Assembly: GCA_964016885.1 (NCBI GenBank)
Contig: OZ024747.1
Span: 90,272,001 to 90,336,000 of the forward strand
Reading direction: 5' to 3'
From: Eledone cirrhosa
Taxonomy: Eukaryota
DNA: 64,000 nucleotides
Below, piece by piece: positions 1 through 14,226 of the stretch. The position numbers and the translations under genes were made by a program. How positions within the stretch are numbered: the first letter of the stretch is position 1; every line of letters begins with the position of its first letter. The notes beneath the pieces are model-generated. The model saw only the letters and a list, made by a program, of their open reading frames with translations. It made no database searches and had not been told where the DNA came from.

Positions 1-284
1 TCACCTCATCCTAACTCTGGCTACAACAATTCCACCACACACTTCTCCACAGATAAGTAGATCACATAAGCTGTCAACAACTTCTACTGAACATTTTGGT
101 TGATGAAAGATTTCATTCCTTGGCTGCTCTCATTGCTAACCACTTCAAATTCAGATATAGAAAAGAAGAGACTAGTTAGGCTGGTTAAATATATCAATAA
201 TGGATAAAAGAAAATAACCTGGGGAGAGGTGAGTGAGGAAAGTGTTCTGCATAATATATATTTATATATAATAATAATGATAAT

Positions 285-654
285 AATTGTTTCTACTTTA
301 GGCACAAGGTCAGCAATTACCCAGTACATTACTGGTACTTTATTTTATCGACCCCGTAAGGATGAAAGGCAAAGTTAACCTCGGCGGGATTTGAACTCAG
401 ACTGTAAAGGGACGGTACAGTGCTCAGGTGCATTACAACTTATCAAAGGTGCATGTATAGTACATATAATAATTGTTTCTACTTTAGGCACAAGGCCAGC
501 AATTACCCAGTACATTACTGGTACTTTATTTTATCTACCCCGTAAAGATGAAAGGCAAAGTTAACCTCGGCAGGATTTGAACTCAAACTGTAAAGGGACG
601 TAACTATGCTAGAAAGCATGGAGTCCAACCCTCTACCGATACTGCCAATTCACC
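285..654 (-). mobile_element. SINE family A, two copies (285-414 partial; 471-654)
   Basis: Reverse complement of the exemplar. Confidence 0.85.
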
Positions 655-1138
655 AATAATGTACAAATATCAGGAAAGTGAACAGTGTATGAGCCATGAT
701 ATACACACAGACACATGCGTGCATGTGTATGGAGGGGGAATATCAGGTGTAGTGTTGGCAAATTTCAGGAAGCATATATGTATGTATATTCTTTCTTTCT
801 CTTAGTTTTGAGTTTATTTTTGACTGGCCAACTTCCCGGGGGCAAGGTTGCAAGGAAAAGAAATTATCATTTTCTCTTGTGTAAGTGTTCATCCTTTGAG
901 ACCTAGTCCTGTTTCTTTTCTGACACACATCATATATATAAGATCAATCGATATTTGATTCCAGTTTAACATTTTGAATGACCCTTAAAAAGAGTTCTTA
1001 TCTTTAAATTCCAGAGATAATCTCAGTAAATTGAAGCTTTTCATTTCCTTACAAGTTATGTGTGAAACGCTATTGTTTTTAGTTGTTTGTTTTTTCCTAT
1101 TATAATCAGTTGATCACGTCCCGTTTCTTTTGACACAC

Positions 1139-1587
<449 letters not shown>

Positions 1588-2899
1588 GGATCAATTGATG
1601 TTTGATTCCTGTTTTTCAATTTTGAACCACCTTAAAAAGAGTTCTTATCTTCTAATTGCAAAGATAATCTCAGTAAATTGAAGCCTTTCATTTCCTTACA
1701 AGTTATATGTGAAACACTTGTTGTTGTTTTTGCATTTTTTCCTATCTATTATAATCAGTTGATCAAGGCTGATGCTGGATAGTAATAATTTCAATACAAG
1801 ATCTACTGACTTGCTTGAGCACAATGATATTCCTGTCTGTTCTGCTACTGGATACTTATAATTTTCCTTACTCTTCTCTGGTGGTATATTTTCAGTTTAT
1901 AGGAATATCACCTCAAACTTTCCTTAGTTATAGAACCTTGTATGAGTTTGGTTTTTCGTCTATCTCAGATCAGGATCTTTAAATTCCTGTCTTGTGAGTT
2001 GACCAAAGATTGTATTTGTATGTTTTGATCTCTTAATCAATATCTCCCCAATAGTTGCCTCAATTCCCTTCCAAGTCTTCCTATACTTCTCTCCTTTTCT
2101 CATAGAGAGATATAAAATCTCTCTACATTCTCAACCCCGACAACGATGGCCTCTTATCTCCTCAACCCAATAATTCCACCCCACTCCACTTAGCTGAACT
2201 TTTCCTTACCTGAAATTGCATTTCTTTTGCAGAAGAGGTTTATCAGCAAGTTAGAGGTGGTGGTGGCATTGATGGTGGTGGTGGTGGTGGTGTGTGTGTG
2301 TGTGGGTGTGTGTGTGTGTGTGTGGGTGTGTGTGTGTGTGGGGGGGGGCTATGTTCATAGGAATTGCCCCATTCATTCACTGAGATTGGAAGTCCTCCGT
2401 CATGTTCGATGTTTGTTGATCTAAGACATTTCTTTATATTTTATTAATGGTTAGATCCAAGTTATCGTTTGTCTAAAGAAAAATGTAAATTATCTATATA
2501 TCCTCTACTGAAGTAACATCAACTGTTGCTTCATTTGAATAAAGATGTTTAATTATGGATATAATCATAGTCTTTCTTTTAGTACCAAGTCTACTAGAGT
2601 TGAATAGTTTGTCATCTGTACAATAGGAAATCTGGATACCACACAGAAGTTAGCTTATAATGAGTTTGTGTATAGCTGAAAGGAAGATTGAAAAGAGCAT
2701 AAGGTCAATATGTTCCTGCCATATCCCGATTTTCACCTCGAACTGATCTGCTATGAAAAACTAGCTCTGCACTTCAGCCTTCATGTTGTCTAATAGAGGT
2801 TACATACATGATTAGGATGGATTTTCATAGGCAGTCAGGTTTAGGTAATGCTTTCTACAAAGACGCATAATTTATAAAATCATTATATATATACATATA

Positions 2900-3090
2900 G
2901 GGTGGTGGATTGGCAGTATCGGTAGAGGGTCGGACGCCATGCTTTGCAGCATAGAGTTACAGCCCTTTATGGTCTGAGTTCAAATCCCGCCGAGGTTAAC
3001 TTTGCCTTTCATCCTTACAGGGTCGATAAAATAAAGTACCAGTAATGCACTGGGGTAATTGCTGGCATTGTGCCTAAAGTAGAAACAATT
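2900..3090 (+). mobile_element. tRNA-derived SINE family A (exemplar; more than 25 full or partial copies in window)
   Basis: A box TGGCAGTATCGG, B box GAGTTCAAATCCC, body GCCTTTCATCCTTAC.GGGTCGATAAAATAAAGTACCAG (resembles the MetaSINE domain, from memory). Confidence 0.88.
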
Positions 3091-3715
3091 ATATATATAA
3101 GTTGATAATTACATACATGCACACATACACACACACATATATATATTATATATTATCCAATCTAATCCAATCCAGGACCTTCTCATTACTGTTGACAGAA
3201 CCCCTCTCTGGTTGACTACTGCTCTCTGTTTTTGGTCATGTCAATTGTGTAGCCATACTCACCACACTTGGCCAATTGTGGGCTGGTGAAGCTATTTAAC
3301 CCATAGTTGGAGTGGATGACCATTGACTCTGACGAGTTCATCCACCCTTTTAACAGCTCTTGAATTTTTGTGCTGATGGGTTTTCACTTACCCACCTAAG
3401 TCAGGTGGAGAAGCCTATTTAGTTGCCAACTATGTGACTATGAAACAGGCTGTATAGGGTTACATCATACCAGTAGCAGATAGAAGCCTGACCTGACATA
3501 AAATATATATATAATATATAGATACAATATATATATATATATATAAATGCTAAACTATGTATATATATTTATATCTATATTTTTAACAGTTGGTCTGTCA
3601 CTGATAAACATTGATTGTCAGCTAAATTAACTATAGGGATATAAAATATAGAGAAGCGAAAACCAATCCAAGCCAAACAGTGAGTGTTTTTTATTATTAT
3701 TTCTGGAAATATTAT

Positions 3716-3850
<135 letters not shown>

Positions 3851-3976
3851 ACGAAGGAAATGTGGTAAGGAACCGGTTTAACTACCCCTTCCCCTACCAA
3901 CTTGCCATCACAGATTTACTACTAACTTGTGATGTGACCAATCCTGGTGATTATCTCTTTGACCATATATGGAATT

Positions 3977-4070
3977 ACCCCTTGATAAGTTCGGCTATTT
4001 AAATACCAGAATAAATTTTCATTCAGTACATAATTATCCGTCGAAACGGCTTGAGCTCAGCCGTCGGGGT
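3977..4070 (+). ncRNA. Type I hammerhead ribozyme with U3-A8 compensatory core
   Basis: ACCCC-TTGATAA-G(long imperfect stem II, TTCGG...CCGT)C-GAAA-CGGCT(TGAGCTC)AGCCG-TC-GGGGT. GUC triplet. Confidence 0.72.
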
Positions 4071-4124
4071 CTTATTTGTTCCTATATATATATATATATA
4101 TATATATAATGGAAAAATTTGAAC

Positions 4125-4159
<35 letters not shown>

Positions 4160-4736
4160 TATATACAATATAGGCTCCCAAACTCAGTTACATTGTGAAA
4201 AGAGTTTGGCACGGCCAACAGGCCTGTCCCTCCTCAAAAAAGTGCCATCCAGTTCCATACTGTAAATGTGGTTGGTGTTAGAAAGGGCATCCAGCTGTAA
4301 AATGCCTAGCCAAATTTGCAGTCCCATCAGACCAAGGTATGGTGTGGCCAATTTTGGCCAGACTTGTCTCCCAACGTGGATGACCTGTCTAATCCATGCA
4401 AGCATGGAAAAACGGACACTAAAAATGTTGATGATATACATATGAGGATATATATATATATATATAAATGATATATATATAAGTGATGATATACATATGA
4501 TGATATATATAAATAAATAAATAAATATATATATATATATATAACTTGGAGTTACTGTAGGTTCACCCGGGTGAGCACTTGATGTTTAGGTTCACTTTGG
4601 TGTTGAGGTGTAGAGCTAGACAGAGTGTATTATAAAATAAAGTAAGGATGAGTGGTTACACTTTCATTACGTTTATTTGTTGGTGATGGGCGTTTATAAA
4701 TGTAATGAAAGTGTCCTTACTTTATTTTATATATAT

Positions 4737-4779
<43 letters not shown>

Positions 4780-4807
4780 ATAATAATAATAGTAATAATA
4801 AAAATAA

Positions 4808-4936
4808 TAAAGGCATGCTTGCTGGGAACAGCAAGAACCCTCCGATACGTCCTGAATATCTGAGGCTGCAGGTAGTGGCTTGATATTCATTTCAACAAAC
4901 TTTCCAGTTAACTAACATCAATGACTGAGACTCAAA

Positions 4937-4980
<44 letters not shown>
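4808..4980 (+). mobile_element. R4/Dong-like LINE 3' end with (TAA)n tail
   Basis: KACLLGTARTLRYVLNI*, short UTR, (AAT)n on both sides. Confidence 0.7.
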
Positions 4981-4983
<3 letters not shown>

Positions 4984-5059
4984 TTAAAGACTAAAATCCA
5001 AAGAGGGCTCGATAAGGATAAACATATATCAAATATATAAGAACCGTACAGCAACCGTT

Positions 5060-5110
5060 AGTTTCAGAAGATCCCGTTAAGGGTGAAAGCAGCGATTCTT
5101 TGCTTAAACT
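5060..5110 (+). ncRNA. Hammerhead-like motif, family R3
   Basis: Identical core to 62015-62065. Confidence 0.68.
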
Positions 5111-5125
5111 TTAATCTGTTATTTT

Positions 5126-5169
<44 letters not shown>

Positions 5170-5254
5170 AAAAGGTAAACAGAAATAACAACACAATCGG
5201 TACAGTATATGGAAGGGATATATTACGTTAACGCTTGACATAGCAGGAAGAGGG

Positions 5255-5290
5255 TCTCAACGTTTCGGACACTAGTCCTTCATCAGAAGA
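5255..5290 (-). ncRNA. Minimal (Penelope-type) hammerhead ribozyme
   Basis: Minus strand TCTT-CTGATGA-A-GGAC(TAGT)GTCC-GAAA-CG-TT-GAGA. Decayed mirror copy at 5319-5354 (GAAA>AAAA). Confidence 0.75.
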
Positions 5291-6384
5291 AAGAATATAT
5301 ATATATATATATATTCTTTCTTCTGATGAAGGACTAGCGTCCAAAACATTAAGACCCTCTTCCTGCTATATCAAGCGTTAACGTAATATATATGCGGTGT
5401 TATCCAGTTCTAGGCTCCAAAGCCGTTGGCCTCGCTATGAGATAGGCTTGTTGTGACCATCTGACCTGTCCCTCCTCATAAACGGTGATGATGATGATGA
5501 TGATGATATATACATTTATACATGTTTGCTTGTACAGCATATACATTCAGAAGCAGTCAAGATAATCCTGTTACTGTGGGGTTAGTTTAGAGAAAGTGCT
5601 ATGCCATCAAAATTGCCTTTCTCTGGCTTTAGCTAGAGATAATGGTTATACATATTCATGTGCGTGTCTCTATGTATGCGAGTGTTTGAATTTATGTGAG
5701 TCTATGTATGTATGTGTGTGTGTGCATGTGTGTTTGTGTGAGTGTGTATATGTGTGTTTGTTTTTTTCTAAGTGTCTCTGTGTGTATGTATGTATGTGTG
5801 TGTGTGTGAGTATATGTCTGAAAATGTGTGTGTGTGTGTGTATGTACATGTGTGTGCTTTATGTAAATACGTGTGTGTACGTGTGTGTGTGTGTGTGTGT
5901 GTTTTGTGTAAATATGTGTGTGTATGTGTGTGTGTAAATGTGTGTATCTACATGTGTGTATGTGTGTGTGGACGTGTGTATGTGTGTGTGTGTATGTCTC
6001 AAGTATGTGTGGCTGTATTAATTCTTGAGAATATGTGAATATGTCAGTGCAGGAAAGGTAAGCTTTCTTCGGCATGATGAAGGCAACTTGTCTGCAAGGA
6101 AGGAAACGCCAGAAGGAGGGAGGTCGGGCTGGGGGATGGGGTGGGGGATGAAAAGAAAAGAAAAAAAAACTATTAAAAAAACTTTTAAAAAATAAAACAA
6201 AAGTAACAACCAAAAAAATATAAAAACCAGCAAAAAAAAACCAAAAAACAAAAAAGAAAGGAAAGATAAAAGAAAGGAAAAAAAATGAAAATAAACAAAT
6301 TGTTTGATGTTGTGGAGAGGGAAATTGAGAAAAACAGAAATCAATGGAATAATAGTGAGCTTAATTAACATTGATTATTCCCTT

Positions 6385-6460
6385 GTTATTGTTGTTGTCA
6401 TTGTAGTAGTCGTGGTAACAACTTCAGCAGTATCAGGATTATTATTGTTATTATTATCCC

Positions 6461-6509
<49 letters not shown>

Positions 6510-6616
6510 GTCGTCATCATCATCATCATCATCATCGTTATTATGATTCTCATCAACGTTGCCATTATCATTATCATCATCATCCTCATAATCATCATAA
6601 TCATCATTATCAGCAT

Positions 6617-6655
<39 letters not shown>

Positions 6656-6680
6656 TCGTAGTAGCAATAGTTGTAGTAAT

Positions 6681-6712
<32 letters not shown>

Positions 6713-7120
6713 TAATAGTTGTAGTAATAGCAGTAATAGTAGTAGTAGTAGTAGTAGTAGTACTAGTAGTAGTAGTAGTAGTAGTAATAGTTGTAGTAAT
6801 AACAGTAGTAGTAGTAGAAGCAGTAGTAATAGTAGTAGTAATAGTTGTAGTAAAAGCCGTAGTAGTAGTAGTAGTAGTAGTATTTGCAACAGCATTTCTA
6901 AACAGCAGCTGCAATGACACTAACCACAACAGTACAACCATCAGCACCAGCAGCACCACCACTACCACCACCACCACCATCACCACCACCGCCATCACCA
7001 CCATCACCACCACCACCAGCACCACCACTGCCACCACCACCACCACCACCACCAGCACCAGCACTAGCACCACCAGCACCACCACCACCATCAGCACTAC
7101 CAGCCCCACCACACCACCAT
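6385..7120. repeat. Compound trinucleotide microsatellite (ATC/AGC/AGT/ACC)
   Basis: Direct reading. Confidence 0.95.
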
Positions 7121-7474
7121 TAACAATACCAATAGTTGAAACAGCATTAAAAAGAATCACATCAGCAATAATTGTTTAATAAAAATTAATTAATTAATTA
7201 TATTGGTCATTAACCAATTGGCTCTTGAGGGTACACTTACGTAATGAGGTTGTTTCTCAGGTTTTTCTAATATTTCTGGTACCAGTTCAGGTTAGAAATA
7301 TTATGACTTGTGTTTGGGTATGTCTCCTATAATTTCTACCTATATTTCAAGACATTTGAAATGCAGCACTTTCATGACAGGACAGACCCTAGAGTGATAA
7401 ACTACTGTTAGTATTCACTGCCAATATATTTACTTAAAATTAAAAAAAATTATCACAGGTCAAAATATTGAAAA

Positions 7475-7692
7475 TTAACCCTTTAGCATTTAAACTGGCC
7501 ATATCCAACCAGAATTTTCTCACCTCTTTCTGTTCAAACCAGCTGCTATACTTATATTAAGGTATTGTTCTCAAAATAAATGGTATCAAAATCTTCATAG
7601 ATTCGATATTATGTGAGATAATTATGTGAAATGAAGCCTTTACCATGGAAATATTATAATATATATAGAGTAATGTAAATGCTAAAGGTTAA
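7475..7692. mobile_element. piggyBac-type MITE
   Basis: TTAA|CCCTTTAGCATTTA ... TAAATGCTAAAGG|TTAA. Confidence 0.8.
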
Positions 7693-9044
7693 ACAAATTG
7701 TTTTCACATATTTCTTCTGTTGTGGTGAAAGTGTGTGACTTATTGGTCAGGGTGTTCAGATCATGAATTTGTTTTATGTGGATTGTATTGTGTCCTTGAG
7801 CAAGATACTTTATATTTCATATTGCTCCAATCTACACAGCTGGCAAACAATGAGTTGTATATGTAATTCAAAGTGCCAGCTTTGTCATACACTGTCATGA
7901 TGAATCTCTCTGAGAAGTTATTGGTCAGAGTGTTCAGATCATGAATTTGATTCATGTGGATTGTGTCGTGTCCTTCAGCAAGATACTTTATATTTCATCT
8001 TGCTCCAATGAGTTGTATATGTCATGCTGAATCGCCCTGAGAACTGCATTAAGTGTGCACATGTTTGGCATTAGGAAGGGCATTCAGCTATAGAAACCAA
8101 GCCAGATTAAGTTCTGTATGAGCAAAACATGGGCACCTGACCCAACTTGCCTCAAATGGGAAAACCCGTCTAACCCAGCACTATTCATTACAGAATGGAT
8201 TTATTGTTTAGCCCCAGATCACCTATGATCCAACAGACCTGTTGTTGTTTCATCCCAAATCACTCCTGATCCAGCTGACTTATCGTTTAGTTCCAGATCA
8301 TCTCTAATCCAGTAGACATGTTGTTGTTTAGCCCCAAGGTCACCCCTGATCCAATGGTTGTGTTGTTTAGCCATCAAATCACTCCTGATCCAGCAAACAC
8401 AATCAAAAGCATTTTACTATGATTATCTGCTTTTCTTTTAATATTAGACAATATATCAAAGAGTACATTGTCCAATGTACTCTTTCTTTTTCAAGATAAC
8501 ACTATATAATTTGAAAAGATTTGGCAACTATCTCTGAAAGGCTAATCCACTATATAGAAACTTCATTGTTGGTGTGAAATATGTAGGTAAAAGACTATGA
8601 AATAATTAGCAGTAGTTATTGTTTAGTTTTAAGTCAGCCCTGGTAGAGAAAATCTGTGATAAAAAGGATTTGAACTAAAATTATTCTGCAATTTTTTAAA
8701 ACAATAGTTTATCAATGTTACACTGTACTACACAATATATCTATAGATTTTTAGTGTAAGCTCTATGTATTGACAGATATAAGCATCTTGTCTTTATAAA
8801 CAATATTTTTGTTGACAAAATATAAAAATGAGTGTGAGAGCAGATTTCATCAATGCCTGAGCACCCTATTTAACTGTCAATAAAGATATTGCATATAAAT
8901 TCACTATTAATAAGAGCTTAAATAAACAGGGTAGAGTAGGCCAAGTTGTATATATAATGCATTCTTGGCAGCTACTTAAAAAATTACAGGTGAGGTATCA
9001 TTCTGACCAGATATTATAGATATGAGTGTTATGAGTGTATTGTA

Positions 9045-9244
9045 CAGGGTGGTCCAAAAGTCTTGTCACCCTTACATATTGTTTTAACTCTCATTATTTT
9101 TTGTTTTAATAATATAATATATGATATCATTAATTATAATATATAATAATTTTAATTGTTTAAGCCAACATTCGTCAACGAACTAAGCGATAACGACAGG
9201 GACAAAAGACATGGTAGGGGTGACAAGACTTTCAGACCACCCTG
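9045..9244. mobile_element. Tc1/mariner-type MITE
   Basis: TA|CAGGGTGGTCCAAAAGTCTTGTCACCC ... GGGTGACAAGACTTTCAGACCACCCTG|TA. Confidence 0.85.
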
Positions 9245-9499
9245 TATATATAAATTGATCTATCCAATTTTGTGAAGCCCATAGTAATAGTTGGTTTACA
9301 AGCAGTAACTCCATGGACAGTTACAGTTAAAAAGAGTACTGAATCACTGGTGAAATGTAAACAGAGTATTGAAATTAATCTAGTTGATCTCCTCAAACAC
9401 AAAAGTATTGTGTAAAAAGATATGTTTATGTCTGTCTATACATTAAGTGTTAGCTAGAGATCTATCTCTGAGTACAACAGATTTCTTCCAGAGAGAGGC

Positions 9500-10200
9500 A
9501 GAATTGACCCCAGTACTACACTGGTACTTTTTTTTATCGACCTCGAAAGGATGAAAAGCAAAGATTTGAACTCAGAGCAGAAAGCTGGAACGAATACCAT
9601 AAAGCATTCTATCTGATGTTCTAATGACTCTGCCAATTCACCAACTAGTAGTAATAACTGGAAATAATGATTTCTAAAATAGGCACAAGGCCAGTAATTT
9701 GGGTGAGAGGGGAAGGTTGATTAAATCAACCCCAGTGCATTACTGGTACTTTATTTTATCGACCCTGTAAGGTTGAAAGGCAACATTAACTGCGGCATGA
9801 TTAGAACTAAGATCGTAAAGGGCCGTAACTCTATGCCGCAAAGCATAGCGTTCGACCTTCTACCGATTCTGCCAATCCACCGCCCTTACATAACTGAAAA
9901 TAATGAAATTAAAGTGTTAACATATTTTCTTCCTATTTCTATTTTCAGTTCCCATCCTGCTTTGACAAATTTAACTTTACTGGCCTTGTGCCTATATTAG
10001 AAACCATTATTAAGATGGTATTGTTTCATGGCATAGTTACGTCCCTTTACATTCTGAGTTCAAATCCTGCCAAGGTTAATTTTGCCTTTCATCCTTATGG
10101 GGTCAATAAAATAAGGCACCAGTAATGCACTGGAGTTGATTTAATCAATTTCCCCCCTCCCCAAAATTACTGGCCTTGTGCCTAAATGAGAAGCCATAAT
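9500..10200. mobile_element. SINE family A cluster (two minus, one plus)
   Basis: Homology to the exemplar at about 9500-9640, 9668-9885 and 10030-10200. Confidence 0.75.
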
Positions 10201-12834
10201 TATTGTTGTTGTTGTTGTTATATTTTGATGAAAGCAGAGATGTTCAGACATTGCTATGTGGGAGAGTAGGGTTACTATGTTTGTACTTAATGAAAAATAA
10301 AAAAAAAATGTTTTTTATTATTACACTTTGCAACATTACTGGAAAGAAAAAAGGTTTATTGAACATTTTAGTTTTATTTTGAAATTATTTGTTTACTTGT
10401 AAAACAACAAGAATTGTTTGCTAGACTTACACCACCACCAACTCCACCATTAACCCAAGAATTGTGAACAAGATTTTGAACATTTTGTAAACGGTAACAT
10501 AAATAAAAAAAATAAAAATTGAGAAAGAAAAAGAAAAATTACAGCACTTAACAAGCAAATACAGACAGTTTTACAAATGGTAACCAACAATGAAAATAGT
10601 GACAAAGAGCAAATCATTTGCTACTGTTGTCAATGTAAAATAAATTTTCAATATTACTCAACACTCAGTAAAAAAAAAAAAAAGAGACTGTGGGACAAGG
10701 TTTGTGCCACATTATGGCCCTTCTGCCTGAAGATTTTAGCAAAGAAAGAGCAAAAAGGAAAGGGACATAACTCTGCCTATCGAAATGTGGAGAGGTTTAC
10801 AGTGTGTCCCCAAGAAAACAGTTGAAAGAATCCCTAGTTGACATATGGAGTATTGTGGTATCCCTCAACCAAGGAAGGGTATATGGAACTATATGCCTGG
10901 TCTTTAAGATGGAAGATGAGGTGAGTTGAAAAGCTAAGTTAGTGTACTACACTCTAGTCTACACATTCATGTGGCATTAATCGATTCACAGCCAGAGTCA
11001 TTGGTAATAAGATTAACCCTTATATACATACACCATCTCTAATTAAAAACACAGCCAACGCTCTACAGTAAAACTAAATGTGTGCATTCTGAACAGGTGA
11101 TTACAGCTGCATAACTGTAATTCACTAGATTTGTTGAGTGAGCTAGACGCTGACCGAAGGATGCTGTATTTATACCAGCGATCTTCGTTGATATTGCTAC
11201 ATACATATATATATCATCATCGTTTAACATCCATCTAGTGTGGAAGATGGACGTTAAATAATGATGATGATGATGATTGTTATGTTTGGGAATGGTCATG
11301 ATGATAGCATTGCCAATAGAAAGAAACACACATACCATATAATTTTCACTTCATCTTTATTGTTCATTATTCATTTGTTTATCAAAGTTCTTTTTGTCAC
11401 AAATTCTGAGACCTCCTCAATGATTATCTGTTTTATGCCTCATATTTTTCCTGATCTTAAACTTCAACTCCATCTTGTCTTTGTTTTGTGGTGCATTTTG
11501 CTTTTGTGTTTCATATCTGTGTGTGCATTTGTGCTTGCATCTCTGTGTGTGTATATGTTTTTGTGTTTGTCATGGCTGTGTGTGTCTTATGTGGGTTTAT
11601 ATTGTTTGTTGTTTGGCTGTTTGTGTATTTTTTTGTTTGTTCGTATCTTTATTATGTCTTCTTGATATATATATATATATCAAAGTAAGAGACATATATC
11701 ATAAGAACAGAGGAGAAAGAACTATGATATAACATGTTAAATGCCTATAGCCGAAGTAAAGTGTGCTCTATGCTTAGAGATGCAATGTTAAATATTATAG
11801 TGGGGTTAATATTTAATGAGAGTTAAATGTAGAAGGTAAGCAGAGCAGGTATAAACAATATATGGAGGAGAAGGCAATATATTATAATTGTACTTCAAGA
11901 TAAAACACAGTGTAAGAAGTAAATCTTGTTTTTAAATGTATTGCCTTCTCCTCTATGTATTTTTGATTATATATATATACACACTCACACACACACACAT
12001 ATATATATATATACATACAGACGCACACACACACATATATATATATGTATGTATGTATATATTTATTTTTTCTTTCACAACTAATAAATTTATTCAAAAG
12101 CAAAAAACAAACCTTATTTAGTAAGAAAACATTTTAAAAAAGGGAAACAAAAGGAAAGAATAGGGAAATATAAAAAAAAAAAGAAACAAAGAAGAAAAAG
12201 AACGGGAAAGGGAGGGTATGGCAAGAGTTCTGGTGTCGCAGAAGAGGAGTGAGGGGTGAAGGGGAAGGGTGATTGGGCTTTGGGCTTTGGGCTTAGGGCA
12301 AGGGGGCAGAAGTGCTGCGCTCCGCAGATAAGACGGCAAAAGCATTCCCCCAGTTAACAAAGTATCGTTTAAGGCAATCCAAGTAGAGCTTATGAGTACT
12401 CTGTATCGTGGATGGTTCTAACATTCGACGTTGTTGACTCAACAAGATCTTTACTTAGTTGTGATATTCGGGTGACTGATTCCAGACAGTTCCTAGGTAA
12501 GCGGTTCCAGGAGTATTAATAATAAAGGAATGAAGAATAACGCACATCGGTTATACAGTAGGGTTTACACCAAGTATAATACTTGGAATAAACCTTACTG
12601 TATAGCTTATCCATGTTACTCTTCACTCCTTTATTATATATATATATACAAAACCTGAGACGAGCTTACATACGAAGGCATATGTGAGGATCTTTCGATT
12701 CCAGAGTCAGGTTCAATCAATAATAGGTCATTCTCGAGCTGATCGATAATGAAACATATGTAATATGTTATTAAATATGTTATGATGCAACACTGATTCT
12801 TTATTCCTTTATTCTTATATTATATATATATATA

Positions 12835-13123
12835 TATAATAACTAGAGATTGATTAACATATAAATAAACATGAATAATCACAGGAGATAATTTTTACAA
12901 GTGTGTAACCACACATAGCTAGGTAGGTAACTAAATAAAGTTGACCAGAACTTCAAAAATAGATACCTTATAATATGATTAATCTTCCCTGGTATCTATT
13001 TTTGAAGTTCTGGTCAACTTTATTTAGTTACCTACCTAGCTATGTGTGGTTACACACTTGTAAAAATTATCTCCTGTGATTATTCATGTTTATTTATATG
13101 TTAATCAATCTCTAATTATTATA
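12835..13123. repeat. Near-perfect palindrome (about 133-bp arms, 23-nt spacer) abutting (TA)n
   Basis: 12835-12967 is the reverse complement of 12991-13123. Confidence 0.95.
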
Positions 13124-13608
13124 AAATGGTCGGACCTACTCGTTAGAATCTTAGAGCTTATTTTGCGGGTGATATGGCGCATGTCTTTCTGGCATGACAC
13201 CCATAATTTTGATTTAAATTCATTTGATTTATCTTAATTTTGGATATAGATATATATATGAGTAATGGTCTAACCAGTTTCAAACTGAATCCATCCTGAT
13301 TTATATTTATATATAAGTTAACTAGAATCATCATTTGCATTAACTAGATTGCAAACAAATTTAAACTAAACTCATGCTATCCACGAACTCAACTAAATGC
13401 AAATCATAATCCTACAACCAACCCTACCCACCATATACATACCACACCAGCTATAAACTAAATTCAAATATATTCCTCAAAACTATATCCCTACCCTCTC
13501 AGTAAAACAACAACCAACCAACTCCAGTTACTGGTATAGGGTTCATCATGTGTATACAAGCTCCATATTACATAGTTTCTATATTACTTTGCAGTGACTT
13601 CAAATATA

Positions 13609-13647
<39 letters not shown>

Positions 13648-13651
<4 letters not shown>

Positions 13652-14022
13652 TTAGCTTTAAAATTTGCTTCAAGATAGCTGTATACATATATGTATGTGA
13701 ATTTTGTATATCTAAAGATATACAATACGTTTAATAAATAAACATTTTGAAAGCCAAGCTATGAATATTGAAAGGCTGACTGCCAGCGCTATCTAGCGGA
13801 TTCCAGCAGAAGCAGTGAGGGATAACTGCCTGTATGTATTTCAAGCTGATGGCGCCATCAGGACAATGCTTCCCTGCTAGTTTCTGCTTGAACTTGATAA
13901 TAAGTGAGAATATATAGTATTTTCGCCTGTGTAGGTGGGCTGATTAGCCTCATTTGCACAAGAAGCTGTAGCAGCTGGCTCAAATTAAAAGTAAAATTAA
14001 AATTAAGCTTCTTCAACATAGC

Positions 14023-14088
<66 letters not shown>

Positions 14089-14226
14089 AATTTCGTATAT
14101 TCAAAGATATACAGTATGTTTAATAAATAAACATTTTGAAAGCCCTGCTATGAATATTGAAAGGCTGGTGACCAGCACCATTTAGCCAATTCCATCAGAA
14201 GCAACAAGGGATAACTGCCTATTCGT
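13648..14226 (-). repeat. Tandem about 390-bp monomer (about 1.5 copies) in (TA)n, probably a decayed retrozyme-like element
   Basis: 13706-13830 is repeated at 14095-14220. Shares AATAAACATTTTGAA with R2 and AGCCT.ATTTGCA with R1. Confidence 0.55.

Noticed and set aside
2900-2990. tRNA gene (A/B boxes)
   Set aside because: Head of a high-copy SINE; no cloverleaf or terminator.
6375-7160. Mucin-like, poly-Asp or poly-Pro ORFs
   Set aside because: Compound trinucleotide microsatellite open in most frames.
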